Shown: positions 1 to 9,817 of the stretch, one piece after another
Position numbering within the stretch: the first letter of the stretch is position 1
Layout: each line of letters starts with the position of its first letter
IMG/VR virus record: IMGVR_UViG_3300008261_000400
Direction: 5' to 3' (one strand)
DNA from: an uncultured virus (IMG/VR IMGVR_UViG_3300008261_000400)
Taxonomy: Duplodnaviria > Heunggongvirae > Uroviricota > Caudoviricetes
DNA length: 20,000 bases
Position numbers and translations under genes: made by a program
Notes under the pieces: generated by a model
Told to the model about the DNA's origin: nothing
The model's input: the letters and a program-made list of their open reading frames with translations, nothing else
Database searches by the model: none

Positions 1-3000
1 AATTTCTCTCACCATAAGTTAACTTGTTTTGAATATGCTGATGGTGTTAATAAAGTAATCCTTGACTCAAATACTACGGGTCTAACTGACCTTGAAATGT
101 ATTATTATAAAATTACTTATGCCTTTGGTGATACATCTGGTAGAGGTTTACCCAACTTCCCAGTAGCTACTGGAACTGATTTTGAACCTTCTATTGATGA
201 ATATAGAATCGTTGGAGATCTTAGATCCGATGCTATTGGTATTACAAGCATAAAAGCAGGAGATGGTGTAGTCGCTACCAAGACTATTTCGGTTAAAACT
301 TCAGAGTCTCATGGATTGTTTAAAGATACCCCAGTGCTAATTGCGGGTATTACTACGAACTTAGAGTCATATAATGGATCTTTCTTCGTAGCTGATGTAT
401 TAAGTGATACTGAATTTACCTATGTTTCTCCATCACAACCAACAGATCCACTACCAGATGTTGCTACATTTGTAAACTCATCAGTAATTGTAGAGTCTGA
501 TAGTACATCTTCGGCTTCTCCATATATCTTCTCATGTACGTTGAGATCCGTTTATGGTATGAACGGTCTTCATGCAGATGGATCAAAAGCAACTGGATTT
601 AAATCCATGTTGACTGCACAATTTACTGGAATTTCTCTACAAAAAGATGATAATGCATTTATACTTTATGATCCAGAAACTGGAATTTATAATGACAATT
701 CCACTGTAGCTGATAATGAAAAACCACTACACATAAATTCCAGAGCAATTTATAAGCCTAGTTACGAAAACGTACACATGAAGGCATCTAACAATGCCAT
801 TATTCAGTGCGTATCTATTTTTGCTATTGGTTATGCAAAACATTTCGTTTCCGAGTCTGGTGGAGACCAGTCCATTACAAACTCAAACTCAAACTTTGGT
901 GCAATTTCCCTAGAGTCTTCTGGATTTAGAGGAGAATCTTTTGACAGAGATGATGTAGGATACATCACACACGTTATTCCACCAAGAGAACCTGCTCCAA
1001 GAACTTCAGCAGTTACTTGGTTACCTCTTGACGCACTAAAAATTGTCTCTGCTGCAACAACAAGTAGATTATACATTGCAAATTACAAATCTGCAGATAT
1101 TCCACCACCAAGCCAAATTGACAGTTATAAGGTAGGTGGAAAAAGAGGAGAAGAGTTATACTTCTCTACAATTATTGGTATAGCTCAGAGTACATTCTCT
1201 TCTCCAGTATTGATGCAAGTTCCTTCTGGAATTAGTACATCGGCTGAAAAGATCTATACCGTTGGTAGATCAGCAGGTATTAATAGTATTTCATCAAATA
1301 TTATTACTCTTACCTCAAATCACCAGTTATTTAATGGAGAAAAAGTAAGAATTTATAGTGATACAGGAGAACTCCCATCAAACGTACAAAATAATAAAAT
1401 TTATTATGCATTAACTAATGGTGTAGCATCTAATCAAATTAAACTCTCATCTACATTAAATGATGCCAACTCTGGAAATAATATTACTGGAATTTCAAAT
1501 GGAGGGGGAGTAATAACTATTCTAAGTACTGTTTCTGATAAAAATCCAGGAGATGCAGGACACCCAATTCAATATGATACAACTGAAAGACAGTGGTATG
1601 TACAAAGTTCCCCAACAACTTCAACTAATAAAATTTACGATGCAATTGTAGGAATCGGAACTAGTGTTCTTGGAGAAGTTACAGGTGCATGTTACATCTT
1701 AAGAAGAGTAGACAATAGAGGTATTGATGAAAGAATTTATAGATTACGTTACGTAATTCCAAAAGAATATCTTAATGCTAGACCACCAACAGATGGATTT
1801 ATTCTTCAGGAAACAAAATCAGCTGGTATTGGAAGTGCTTCGTTTGTAAGTTCAAACGTAGAAGATCCCACACAACTAAAAAATCCAAAGATAATACTAG
1901 ATGCATCATACCTATCAGGAACCGCAACAATCAAAACAGAGTTACCACATAACTTAGTTGCTGGGGACCTAGTAAAAATAACCAATGTTGTAAGTAGTAA
2001 TAATACAACTGGTTCTAATGAAATACCATACAATGGTAGTTTTATAGTCAATGAAGTTCTAGGTCCAAGAGAATTTAATTATATTGGATTAACAAGTAGT
2101 CCAGGAACGTTCTTAAATCAGACAAACCAAAGAACCACACAACAACAAATTGAAGCTCTACCTACAGTACAAAGAGAAAAATACAAAGAAAGTATTTTCA
2201 TCTATAGAAGTACAGAAATTAAAAAACATATTCCAGGTTCTGATGGCCAGGATGGAATTTATAACTTAACAGCGATTTGTGGAAGTATTAGACCAGAAAC
2301 CTCTGTTGGATTTGGTTTAAGTGAGAAAAGGTTCAATCAAGACGTAAGAAATTTATATCCACAACAAGATAGAGATAATTTCAATTCAGATCCACTACCA
2401 TCTACAAGTTTTGCAGATCTCGATCCACTAGGAAAAATTAGTACTAATGATAAGAGACTCTCAATTACCAAAGAAGCTCTAAACATTTTCCTTGAAAATA
2501 ATAGAATAGGATATGCAATTACCGGTGCAACTGTAAGTGGAGTTGGTAATACTACAATTACATTATATACAAATGTTGAACATGGTTTAAACCAGATTAA
2601 ATCTTTATCATTGATTAATCCTGGGGCAGGATATAATAATAGTGCTGGTGTTACTAGTACAATATACTCTGCTGACTTAGTTAATGGTAGTATAAATGGC
2701 GAAGGTGCATCCGTAAAAGCAAACATCTCAGTAGGTAATACTATTACTAGTATTTCATTAGTAAATGGTGGTTGTGCTTATGGTGTTGGAAATACCATGA
2801 CCATATCAGCTTCTCCTGCTGGTTCCCCAACAACATCTGCCGTAGTACAAGTAACAGAAATATTTGATAACGTCGGTGATACCTTAGAACTGTCTGGATT
2901 TGTTAATCCTGCATATAATGGAATTTTTAGAATTTTATCTGTACCAAATTCCAGATCTGTTCAAATTTTAAATACTGGATTAGGAACAGATTCAAGTGCT

Positions 3001-5952
3001 GCAGCATACAGACAAAGAACAGACTCCAGATATCCAATAGCCACATTAGTTTCCAATGGGGTCGGTATAACCACTATATCATACACTAAAGAAACTGGTA
3101 TAGCGACAGTAACATGTTTAAGTGCTCATGGACTCATTCCAGGAAATACTTTCAAACTGGTTGGAACAGGAAGTACATTCTTCAGTGAAAAATTCTTTGT
3201 AAATGAATCTGTTGGAATTAATACATTTAATTTCAGTGCAGGAATTTCCACAATTTCTCATACCACTTCTTCAAGTGGAATGACCGTACACAAATATGGA
3301 ATTTCTGCTAATGCAAGGGCTTTAGGAGCTGGTGAGGAGAATTTAGGTGGAAGAGGATCATACATTTATGCAGGAATTACTACAACTCTAAGTGGAAATA
3401 TTAGTAATACTACGACGACATTATCTCTAACATCTGCAAATGGATTCAAAAAGGGTGATTATATTTTAATCAACTCCGAAATTTTAAGAATTACTTCAGA
3501 TCCAGTAGGAAATTCAATCACCGTATCTAGAGGACAATTCTCTACTTCAGTTTCATCTGCACTTTCTGGATCTTCTGTTAGAAAGATCCGTGTCTTGCCT
3601 ATGGAAATTCGCAGACACTCTATTCTTCGTGCATCTGGCCATACTTTTGAATATCTTGGATATGGTCCAGGTAACTATTCAACAGGTTTACCTGTAAAAC
3701 AGAATCGTGTGTTGAGTGAGGATGAGGTTCTAATCTCACAAGCAAGAGAACAAGATGGTGGTACTGTCGTTTACACTGGAATGAACGATAGAGGAGAGTT
3801 CTATTCTGGTGCAACTAAAATTAATGGTGCAACAGGAGAAGAAACTGTTATTGAGGCTCCTATTGTTACATTTTTTGGAGAAGATGAGACCGACACTGAC
3901 GTTAATAATAAACTCAGTGGAGTTTTTGATGATTTAGTTGTAAAAGAAAGAATTACTATTGAAGGTGGTGAAAACAATAACCAAACATCACAGTTCTATG
4001 GTCCTGTAAACTTTGGACAAAAAGTTACTTGTGCTTCAGAAGATGGACTTGAGACAAGAGATCTATTTGTAAAGGGTATCGCATCACAACCAAAACTTAT
4101 AACTGTTGGACTTGCAACTCCTACAGATCCTAAGAAACCTGGTGATATTTCACTCCTAGCAACTCCAACTCCGGCTGGATACATTGGACATGTTTATGCT
4201 GATGGAGATTGGCGTCGTTGGGGATTAATTTCTCAACAAAAAGATAGAAACTTCTTAAAATTTGATCAAATTGGTGTAGGATCAAGTGAAGGAGTATACA
4301 ACTTTACTGATGCTGCAGAAGTTAATGGTACTTTGAAGGTTAAGAATCTTTATGTGGGTGGTGCGGTTACGTTTGCATCCAATCAGGCATTCACAGCTGT
4401 TACCTATGAAGACATTACTGTTACAAATCAAATTAACTATGCAGGAACTGGATCATCAACTTATACAATCAGACATCCAGATGCTACATCTATTGCACAA
4501 TTCCAAAACATAGAAGTTACTGGAACTGCTGCAACATTTACAACTGCAAGAGTAAGACTAGAGAATTCTCTAAATTCCGTTTTTGCTGGAGTATCTACTT
4601 TTGCTGGAACGGTTGAAATAGGAAATCTTGTATGTAGTGCAGGAATTCTAACTGTATTTGAATTAAGAGGAAATCAGATCGGTATTGATACAATAACTGT
4701 AAGAAACAATGCTTTCATAACATCAGGTATTGTAACTAACTTATATACGAATGTTTCTTCTGCAACCAGTTTCTTCGGATATGTGGGTGTTATTACATCT
4801 CTAACTGGTCTTGCATGTACATTCACAAATGTTAATGGTACAAATGGATTCCTTAGTGGTCTTCGTGCAACTTCATCATTTGCAACACCAAATGCTTTCG
4901 TTAATGTTGGAGTAACCACAACACTTTCCGGAACAAGTTTAACTTATACCAGATCTTCAATTGGTTTAGCTACCATCACGAACTTAAATTCTACTGACTG
5001 GATTGGAGCTCCAACTGCTTATATAAATTCAGGACTTGTAACTGCGATTACCGCAAATTATATTGGCGGTGGTTTAGGTGGAAATCCACTATCTATTTCA
5101 GTCAATAGTGGTGTTATCACATCTCTAACTGGAACCGCAGCAACATTCACAAGTGTAAGAGCATCTTCTAGTTTAGTTTCTAATGATCTGGTATCATCTC
5201 CAGTAGGTGTTATTACAGCATTAAGTGGAGATAGAGCAAACTATACTGGTATTGTTACTGCACAAAGGTACGAATCAACAGTTGCAACTGGAGCTCCACC
5301 AATAGTTGTTGCTTCAACTACAAAAGTAACTAATCTGAACGCAGATTTACTGGATGGTTTAGATGAATCAACATTCTTAAGAAGAACAAATGATGTATGG
5401 CATACCAGTCAAGATGGTGATAATAGATTCTATTTCACAACAGACGGAAAAACTTTATATGGATCTGCAAATGGACATGAGTTTAGAAACAGTTCAGATT
5501 CTGCTAGTTTCATCATAAACAATGATGGAACAGTAAACTTTAGTTCAACTGCAGTATTATCTTCTAATGGAATAACTGCTACAACAAACGCTCTTGTTGA
5601 TAAGGTCATTTTAAAGAACTATGCAGAAAGACTCGTAAATGTTGGAAATACTGGTAGTGCTACAACACTAAATCTTGCCGATGGTAATTTCTTCGCTGCA
5701 ACATTAAATGCTAACTGTACTTTCACTTTCTCTTTAGGAGTTAATAACGCTTCTGCAACGAGTTTCACATTATTATTAACAAATGATGGTACTTCAGGTA
5801 GATCAATTGTATGGCCTGCCAGTGTTAAGTGGCCAAACTCAACCGTTCCAACAAGAACCACATCAGCAAATCGTTCGGATGTTTATACGTTCTTCACTAC
5901 TAATGGAGGTGCAAACTGGTATGGTGCCTTAGCACTATATAATTATGCATAA
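1..5952 (+). CDS. Very large virion structural protein (tail fibre / baseplate-associated), 5'-truncated by the window edge
   Basis: Frame is open from base 1 (NFSHHKLTCFEYADG...), so the ATG at 97 is internal. The protein is Ser/Thr/Gly-rich, with repeated HGL/HNL-x-x-G modules, GVIT/GIVT repeats and a TKVTNLNADLLDG fibre motif. The C-terminal NLADGNFF...WPASVKWP...DVYTFFT...WYG domain is typical of phage tail fibres. Confidence 0.85.
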   Translation, partial: NFSHHKLTCFEYADGVNKVILDSNTTGLTDLEMYYYKITYAFGDTSGRGLPNFPVATGTDFEPSIDEYRIVGDLRSDAIGITSIKAGDGVVATKTISVKTSESHGLFKDTPVLIAGITTNLESYNGSFFVADVLSDTEFTYVSPSQPTDPLPDVATFVNSSVIVESDSTSSASPYIFSCTLRSVYGMNGLHADGSKATGFKSMLTAQFTGISLQKDDNAFILYDPETGIYNDNSTVADNEKPLHINSRAIYKPSYENVHMKASNNAIIQCVSIFAIGYAKHFVSESGGDQSITNSNSNFGAISLESSGFRGESFDRDDVGYITHVIPPREPAPRTSAVTWLPLDALKIVSAATTSRLYIANYKSADIPPPSQIDSYKVGGKRGEELYFSTIIGIAQSTFSSPVLMQVPSGISTSAEKIYTVGRSAGINSISSNIITLTSNHQLFNGEKVRIYSDTGELPSNVQNNKIYYALTNGVASNQIKLSSTLNDANSGNNITGISNGGGVITILSTVSDKNPGDAGHPIQYDTTERQWYVQSSPTTSTNKIYDAIVGIGTSVLGEVTGACYILRRVDNRGIDERIYRLRYVIPKEYLNARPPTDGFILQETKSAGIGSASFVSSNVEDPTQLKNPKIILDASYLSGTATIKTELPHNLVAGDLVKITNVVSSNNTTGSNEIPYNGSFIVNEVLGPREFNYIGLTSSPGTFLNQTNQRTTQQQIEALPTVQREKYKESIFIYRSTEIKKHIPGSDGQDGIYNLTAICGSIRPETSVGFGLSEKRFNQDVRNLYPQQDRDNFNSDPLPSTSFADLDPLGKISTNDKRLSITKEALNIFLENNRIGYAITGATVSGVGNTTITLYTNVEHGLNQIKSLSLINPGAGYNNSAGVTSTIYSADLVNGSINGEGASVKANISVGNTITSISLVNGGCAYGVGNTMTISASPAGSPTTSAVVQVTEIFDNVGDTLELSGFVNPAYNGIFRILSVPNSRSVQILNTGLGTDSSAAAYRQRTDSRYPIATLVSNGVGITTISYTKETGIATVTCLSAHGLIPGNTFKLVGTGSTFFSEKFFVNESVGINTFNFSAGISTISHTTSSSGMTVHKYGISANARALGAGEENLGGRGSYIYAGITTTLSGNISNTTTTLSLTSANGFKKGDYILINSEILRITSDPVGNSITVSRGQFSTSVSSALSGSSVRKIRVLPMEIRRHSILRASGHTFEYLGYGPGNYSTGLPVKQNRVLSEDEVLISQAREQDGGTVVYTGMNDRGEFYSGATKINGATGEETVIEAPIVTFFGEDETDTDVNNKLSGVFDDLVVKERITIEGGENNNQTSQFYGPVNFGQKVTCASEDGLETRDLFVKGIASQPKLITVGLATPTDPKKPGDISLLATPTPAGYIGHVYADGDWRRWGLISQQKDRNFLKFDQIGVGSSEGVYNFTDAAEVNGTLKVKNLYVGGAVTFASNQAFTAVTYEDITVTNQINYAGTGSSTYTIRHPDATSIAQFQNIEVTGTAATFTTARVRLENSLNSVFAGVSTFAGTVEIGNLVCSAGILTVFELRGNQIGIDTITVRNNAFITSGIVTNLYTNVSSATSFFGYVGVITSLTGLACTFTNVNGTNGFLSGLRATSSFATPNAFVNVGVTTTLSGTSLTYTRSSIGLATITNLNSTDWIGAPTAYINSGLVTAITANYIGGGLGGNPLSISVNSGVITSLTGTAATFTSVRASSSLVSNDLVSSPVGVITALSGDRANYTGIVTAQRYESTVATGAPPIVVASTTKVTNLNADLLDGLDESTFLRRTNDVWHTSQDGDNRFYFTTDGKTLYGSANGHEFRNSSDSASFIINNDGTVNFSSTAVLSSNGITATTNALVDKVILKNYAERLVNVGNTGSATTLNLADGNFFAATLNANCTFTFSLGVNNASATSFTLLLTNDGTSGRSIVWPASVKWPNSTVPTRTTSANRSDVYTFFTTNGGANWYGALALYNYA
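4786..5151 (+). repeat. Internal direct repeat in the fibre gene (4786-4827 vs 5110-5151)
   Basis: ggtgttattacatctctaactggtcttgcatgtacattcaca vs ggtgttatcacatctctaactggaaccgcagcaacattcaca (GVITSLTGLACTFT / GVITSLTGTAATFT). Confidence 0.8.
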
Positions 5953-5961
5953 TTGATCTAA

Positions 5962-6555
5962 ATGATGGATATTAAATACTTAGATTTTATAGGGATGTAC
6001 TCAGAAGTATATCCCGATGGATTTTGCAATCATGTAATTAATGAATTTGAAAAGTTAATAACTGCAGGACATTGTGGAAATCGTCAAGATAATGAAGGAG
6101 TGACAAAAACAAAAAAAGAAGATGTCTATTCTTTTTTAAACCTAAAAAATCACTTATTAAAACCCTTTAATGGTGTCCCAGTTGTCGATATTTTTTTTGA
6201 AGGTTTGCAAAAATGTTATGAAAGTTACACTGACCAATTTGACATTTTAAAAGGCATAAGTCTTAAATGTACTGCTATAAAAATTCAAAAAACAGTTCCA
6301 GGTGCAGGTTATCATGTTTGGCATTGTGAACAGGGAAGCGATCTTGGCGCTGACAGATGTTTGGTTTATTCGTTATATCTAAATGACATAGATGGTGCTG
6401 GGGAAACGGAATTCTTATATCAAAAACTAAGAATTGAACCAAAAGAAAATTGTATGATTATATGGCCAGCAGCATATACTCATACACATCGAGGAAATGT
6501 TGTTCATGGCAATAAATCCAAATATATAATAACAGGTTGGTTTTATTTGGATTAA
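5962..6555 (+). CDS. 2OG-Fe(II) oxygenase (cyanophage type, HxE...H)
   Basis: GYHVWHCE, YLNDIDGAGETEF, WPAAYTHTHRGN and KYIITGW motifs of the DSBH 2OG-Fe(II) fold. Confidence 0.9.
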   Translation: MMDIKYLDFIGMYSEVYPDGFCNHVINEFEKLITAGHCGNRQDNEGVTKTKKEDVYSFLNLKNHLLKPFNGVPVVDIFFEGLQKCYESYTDQFDILKGISLKCTAIKIQKTVPGAGYHVWHCEQGSDLGADRCLVYSLYLNDIDGAGETEFLYQKLRIEPKENCMIIWPAAYTHTHRGNVVHGNKSKYIITGWFYLD

Positions 6556-6559
6556 AAAG

Positions 6560-7516
6560 ATGCCTATAACCAGAGACATTTTCAGAGCAACAATGGAAGG
6601 TGGTGGAAGTGTAACTTTCATTGCTCCTGACACTTCAAATTTTGAAACTACCTGGACAACACCTGCGAAAATTTCAAAAGTTTCTGTTGAAGGTGAAGGT
6701 GGTGTTGGAAATCCAGGTGGTGAAGGAATTGCTGGATCTGGAGGAAATGCTGGTGTAGGTAATGATGGAAACGCAGGCCGCTGCGGTGGTGGCGGAGGTG
6801 GTGGTGGTGCATGTTCAACCGCAGGAGATTTTAGAACCCAAGATGGTGCCTCAGGAAATCCCGGTACTTTTCCTGGAGGAGGTGGAGGTGCTGGAGGAGC
6901 AAAACGAGCTTCACTAAGTTACGGTACTTCCCCTAGACCCTCAGCAACTGCCACTGCAGGTTCTTCTGGTGGTGGCGGTACAAATGGAAATCCAGGCACT
7001 ACTACTTCTGCAGGTTCTGGTGGTTCTGGTGGTTTTGGTCCTAGTGGTAACCCAGGAAGAGCTAGTACTGTTTTTGGAATATCCTTTCCAGGGGGAGCTG
7101 GAGGTTCTGGTGGATCCGGAAATAATGGTACTCCAGGAACTAATGGTGGGGCTGGTACTGGTGGAGCCGGTGGTTCTGGTGGTGGCGGCGGCGGAGCTGG
7201 AAGTATTAATGCTGGAACATTTACTTCGGCTAGTGGAAATACTAGTTTCGGTGGTCCTGGTGGATTGGGAGCAGGAGACATATTTCCCGTAGTTTCATCC
7301 AGAACAGGAAATCCTGGAGGCAGTGGACCCGGAAGAACGGGTACAGGTTCTGCGACTGGTGGAGGAGGTGGAGGAGGCGGCTTCGCGGCCGACGGTCAAC
7401 GTGGCGGTCCAGCAAATCCAACTACTGCAAGTGATATTGCAGTTACCCCTCTAACTAATTATCCAGTTTCTGTTGCTGCTGGTGGATACATAACAATCAC
7501 TTGGGGTTCCCAATAA
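6560..7516 (+). CDS. Glycine-rich protein, putative tail-fibre tip / adhesin (polyglycine-II-type)
   Basis: 318 aa with long Gly runs and five GNPG repeats, non-repetitive N- and C-terminal caps (…GGYITITW), located just downstream of the tail fibre gene. Confidence 0.7.
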   Translation: MPITRDIFRATMEGGGSVTFIAPDTSNFETTWTTPAKISKVSVEGEGGVGNPGGEGIAGSGGNAGVGNDGNAGRCGGGGGGGGACSTAGDFRTQDGASGNPGTFPGGGGGAGGAKRASLSYGTSPRPSATATAGSSGGGGTNGNPGTTTSAGSGGSGGFGPSGNPGRASTVFGISFPGGAGGSGGSGNNGTPGTNGGAGTGGAGGSGGGGGGAGSINAGTFTSASGNTSFGGPGGLGAGDIFPVVSSRTGNPGGSGPGRTGTGSATGGGGGGGGFAADGQRGGPANPTTASDIAVTPLTNYPVSVAAGGYITITWGSQ

Positions 7517-7519
7517 ATA
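7513..7519 (+). promoter_or_regulatory. Putative T4-type late promoter (ATAAATA)
   Basis: aATAAATA overlaps the stop of the Gly-rich gene, about 25 nt before the ATG at 7543; it matches the T4-like late -10 consensus (TATAAATA / NATAAATA). Confidence 0.5.
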
Positions 7520-7542
7520 GAAGTACTTACTGAAAATTAATT

Positions 7543-7995
7543 ATGGCACCTAAGAAAACATCAAAAACAAGACAGAAAATCCATCAACTTTATGAAGAAA
7601 ACGAACTCGCAAATTTAGAGTCAAATAGAAATAGAGCGAGATCATTTTCAGTAGGAACAACCACTGGTGGAATCTTAGAAATAAGTATGAGAGGTGACTA
7701 TTCTCATCTTTGGTATATACTCCAACCTGTAGAAGCTGTAGAGATAATTAACCAATTGGCAGCTGCAACTGGATTAGAAGTTGCGATGAGACCCAGACAA
7801 GATTTTGCCACTTGGAGAGGATGGGACACCGATACTCCAAATGGTGCTTTTTGGGTGGGAGCTGCTGCTTGGCAACTAAAGGAAGAAGATAGACTTAAAA
7901 TAGAGGAAACGAAAATGAAAAATATAAAATCAATTGAACCAGTAAATGAAAATGATGAAGTAAAAGAAGAAAGTGAAGTAAATGACGAAGAATGA
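7543..7995 (+). CDS. Hypothetical phage protein
   Basis: 150-aa ORF in operon orientation with an acidic tail, overlapping the next gene. Confidence 0.75.
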   Translation: MAPKKTSKTRQKIHQLYEENELANLESNRNRARSFSVGTTTGGILEISMRGDYSHLWYILQPVEAVEIINQLAAATGLEVAMRPRQDFATWRGWDTDTPNGAFWVGAAAWQLKEEDRLKIEETKMKNIKSIEPVNENDEVKEESEVNDEE

Positions 7996-8539
7996 TTTTT
8001 ATGTTTTAGTAGATACTAATACGAAACAAATAATAAGTAAATTAGAACCACTCCCAGAATACTGGAAAAATATAGCTGGCCTAACCAATTTTTCTGAAGA
8101 AGAATTAAAGGACTTAAGTTGGAGTGGGAATCCAGGTTTAGGATGGATTAAAATAACTTCAGAATTATTGGAAGACTATAGTTCATCTCCAGAAAATTTA
8201 ACTCTGAATAAAAATCATTTTAAACAAATTATTTCCGATCATTTTGAATTAAAAAAGGAAATAGGTGTTACTTATAAAAATATAAGGTGTCCTGTTAATA
8301 AAACTACTATTTTTGATTTAAATATTAAAAATTTACAAGCCGATCAAAGTCCAGAAAAAACATTTGTTTATAAGATAATAAACGATTATTATTCATTCCG
8401 TGCAGAAGAAATAAAAGAATTGTGTGATCTTATAAATCAACATGATATTGAATTATCACTATCAGAAATGAACATTTTTAAAGAAATTGAATCTTGTTCG
8501 ACAGTACACGAGCTATCTAAAATTAATTATGATCTCTGA
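7982..8539 (+). CDS. Hypothetical protein, possibly tail-fibre accessory/assembly (DUF4376-like C-terminus)
   Basis: 185-aa ORF in the tail cluster. The C-terminal helix pattern 'IFKEIESCSTVHELSKINY' recalls DUF4376-type proteins; the family call is tentative. Confidence 0.6.
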   Translation: MTKNDFYVLVDTNTKQIISKLEPLPEYWKNIAGLTNFSEEELKDLSWSGNPGLGWIKITSELLEDYSSSPENLTLNKNHFKQIISDHFELKKEIGVTYKNIRCPVNKTTIFDLNIKNLQADQSPEKTFVYKIINDYYSFRAEEIKELCDLINQHDIELSLSEMNIFKEIESCSTVHELSKINYDL

Positions 8540-9200
8540 CTTTTTTTCATATAAAAATTCTTTAGATGATATCTATCAATTCCAAGTATTATCTAACGGA
8601 TCAACTAGTGGATATTGGTATTTAAATCCTAAAGAGACTGTAAGTTATTCAACAGAAGATAATATCTTTGGTCCTGAAGAAATAAGGGCAATTATCTTTA
8701 TTTCAAAAAAACTAAAAAAACAATATGGAACTGTTGGATCCGACGAAAAAGAAATTGTTATTAAGAAAATAAGAACATCTTCAATATGTTGGATGCCAAT
8801 GAACTGCAATACAGATTGGATCTATAGAAGATTGACTGATTATGTCATTAATCACAACAAGACATATTTTGATTTTGATTTAACAAAAATAGAATCTTTA
8901 CAATTTACAGAATATAGAGGAGAAGAAACTGGACATTATTCCAAACATGTAGATCCAATGTTTTGGAATATACCAGAAGATCGAAAATTGAGTTTCGTAG
9001 TTCAACTATCCGATCCTTCAACATATGAGGGAGGTGATTTATTATTATATTCTGGTATTTCTTCTGAACCAATAAAGATTGAAAAAAAGATAGGTAAAAT
9101 AGTATTCTTTCCTTCCAATGTTTTACACGAAGTAACTCCAGTAACTAAAGGAACTCGACATACTCTAGTGGGTTGGGTTCATGGTCCCAAATTGAGGTAA
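8529..9200 (+). CDS. 2OG-Fe(II) oxygenase, prolyl-4-hydroxylase/PKHD-like
   Basis: HYSKHVD (HxD), RKLSFVVQLSDPSTYEGGDL, FFPSNVLHEVTPVTKGTRHTLVGW. The ATG at 8529 (overlapping the upstream gene end) is preferred over the ORF-track start at 8487. Confidence 0.9.
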   Translation: MISDFFSYKNSLDDIYQFQVLSNGSTSGYWYLNPKETVSYSTEDNIFGPEEIRAIIFISKKLKKQYGTVGSDEKEIVIKKIRTSSICWMPMNCNTDWIYRRLTDYVINHNKTYFDFDLTKIESLQFTEYRGEETGHYSKHVDPMFWNIPEDRKLSFVVQLSDPSTYEGGDLLLYSGISSEPIKIEKKIGKIVFFPSNVLHEVTPVTKGTRHTLVGWVHGPKLR

Positions 9201-9206
9201 TTTTCA

Positions 9207-9785
9207 ATGAGTTTTAGTAAAAATGGTTATTATATTATAGAAAATTTTCTTAATCATGATTTTTTAAAATTTATAGAACAATATTTTTATACAAGAATTA
9301 AATCTGGATTCAATGTCACCTATGGTGATGATCAAGCTCCAGGTAGTTGTTCATTTTATGGTGACCCTCTGATAGATACCATATTAGAAAATTCTAAAGA
9401 ACATCTTTCTAAAGTAACAAATAAAATTTTGTTACCAACCTATAGTTACACAAGATTTTATGGTAAAGATGATGAACTTATAATTCATAGAGATAGGCCA
9501 TCATGTGAAATATCCGCTACACTATCACTAGCAATTCCCAATGGAGAAGAAATATCTCCAATTTACTTTAGTGAAAATGAAGATAAAAGTAATGCTGCAG
9601 AGATATTACTAAAACCAGGAGATTTATGTCTTTATAGAGGATGTGATTTATATCACTGGAGAGAACCATTCACTCAAAGATGGTATTTACAATCTTTCTT
9701 ACATTATGTCGATGCAGAAGGGCCACATGCAAAAAACATTTATGACGGTAGACCCTACTTAGGGTGTCCTCCCAAAAAAGACTAA
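9207..9785 (+). CDS. 2OG-Fe(II) oxygenase-fold protein (HRDRPSCEIS family)
   Basis: PTYSYTRFY, LIIHRDRPSCEISATL (HxD), PGDLCLYRGCDLYHWREPF and FLHYVD motifs. Confidence 0.85.
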   Translation: MSFSKNGYYIIENFLNHDFLKFIEQYFYTRIKSGFNVTYGDDQAPGSCSFYGDPLIDTILENSKEHLSKVTNKILLPTYSYTRFYGKDDELIIHRDRPSCEISATLSLAIPNGEEISPIYFSENEDKSNAAEILLKPGDLCLYRGCDLYHWREPFTQRWYLQSFLHYVDAEGPHAKNIYDGRPYLGCPPKKD

Positions 9786-9817
9786 ATAAAGTGTCTGAGT
9801 TATTTTACCATTTAAAC

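Noticed and set aside
4786..5151. Diversity-generating retroelement TR/VR pair in the tail fibre
   Set aside because: The repeat is short, both copies are in frame mid-gene, mismatches are not confined to adenines of one copy, and no reverse transcriptase is present
831..5861. Several 60-130-aa minus-strand ORFs within the fibre gene
   Set aside because: Antisense shadows of a long coding frame with no recognisable motifs
6919..7281. Pro-rich minus-strand ORF (and the alternative-frame Val/Leu-rich ORF 6969-7292)
   Set aside because: These are shadows of GGT/GGA Gly codons in the glycine-rich gene, with no independent start signals
9782..9788. CTAAATA (and TTAAATA at 11975-11981) as T4-type late promoters
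   Set aside because: One mismatch to a short AT-rich consensus in an AT-rich genome is not distinguishable from chance without TSS data
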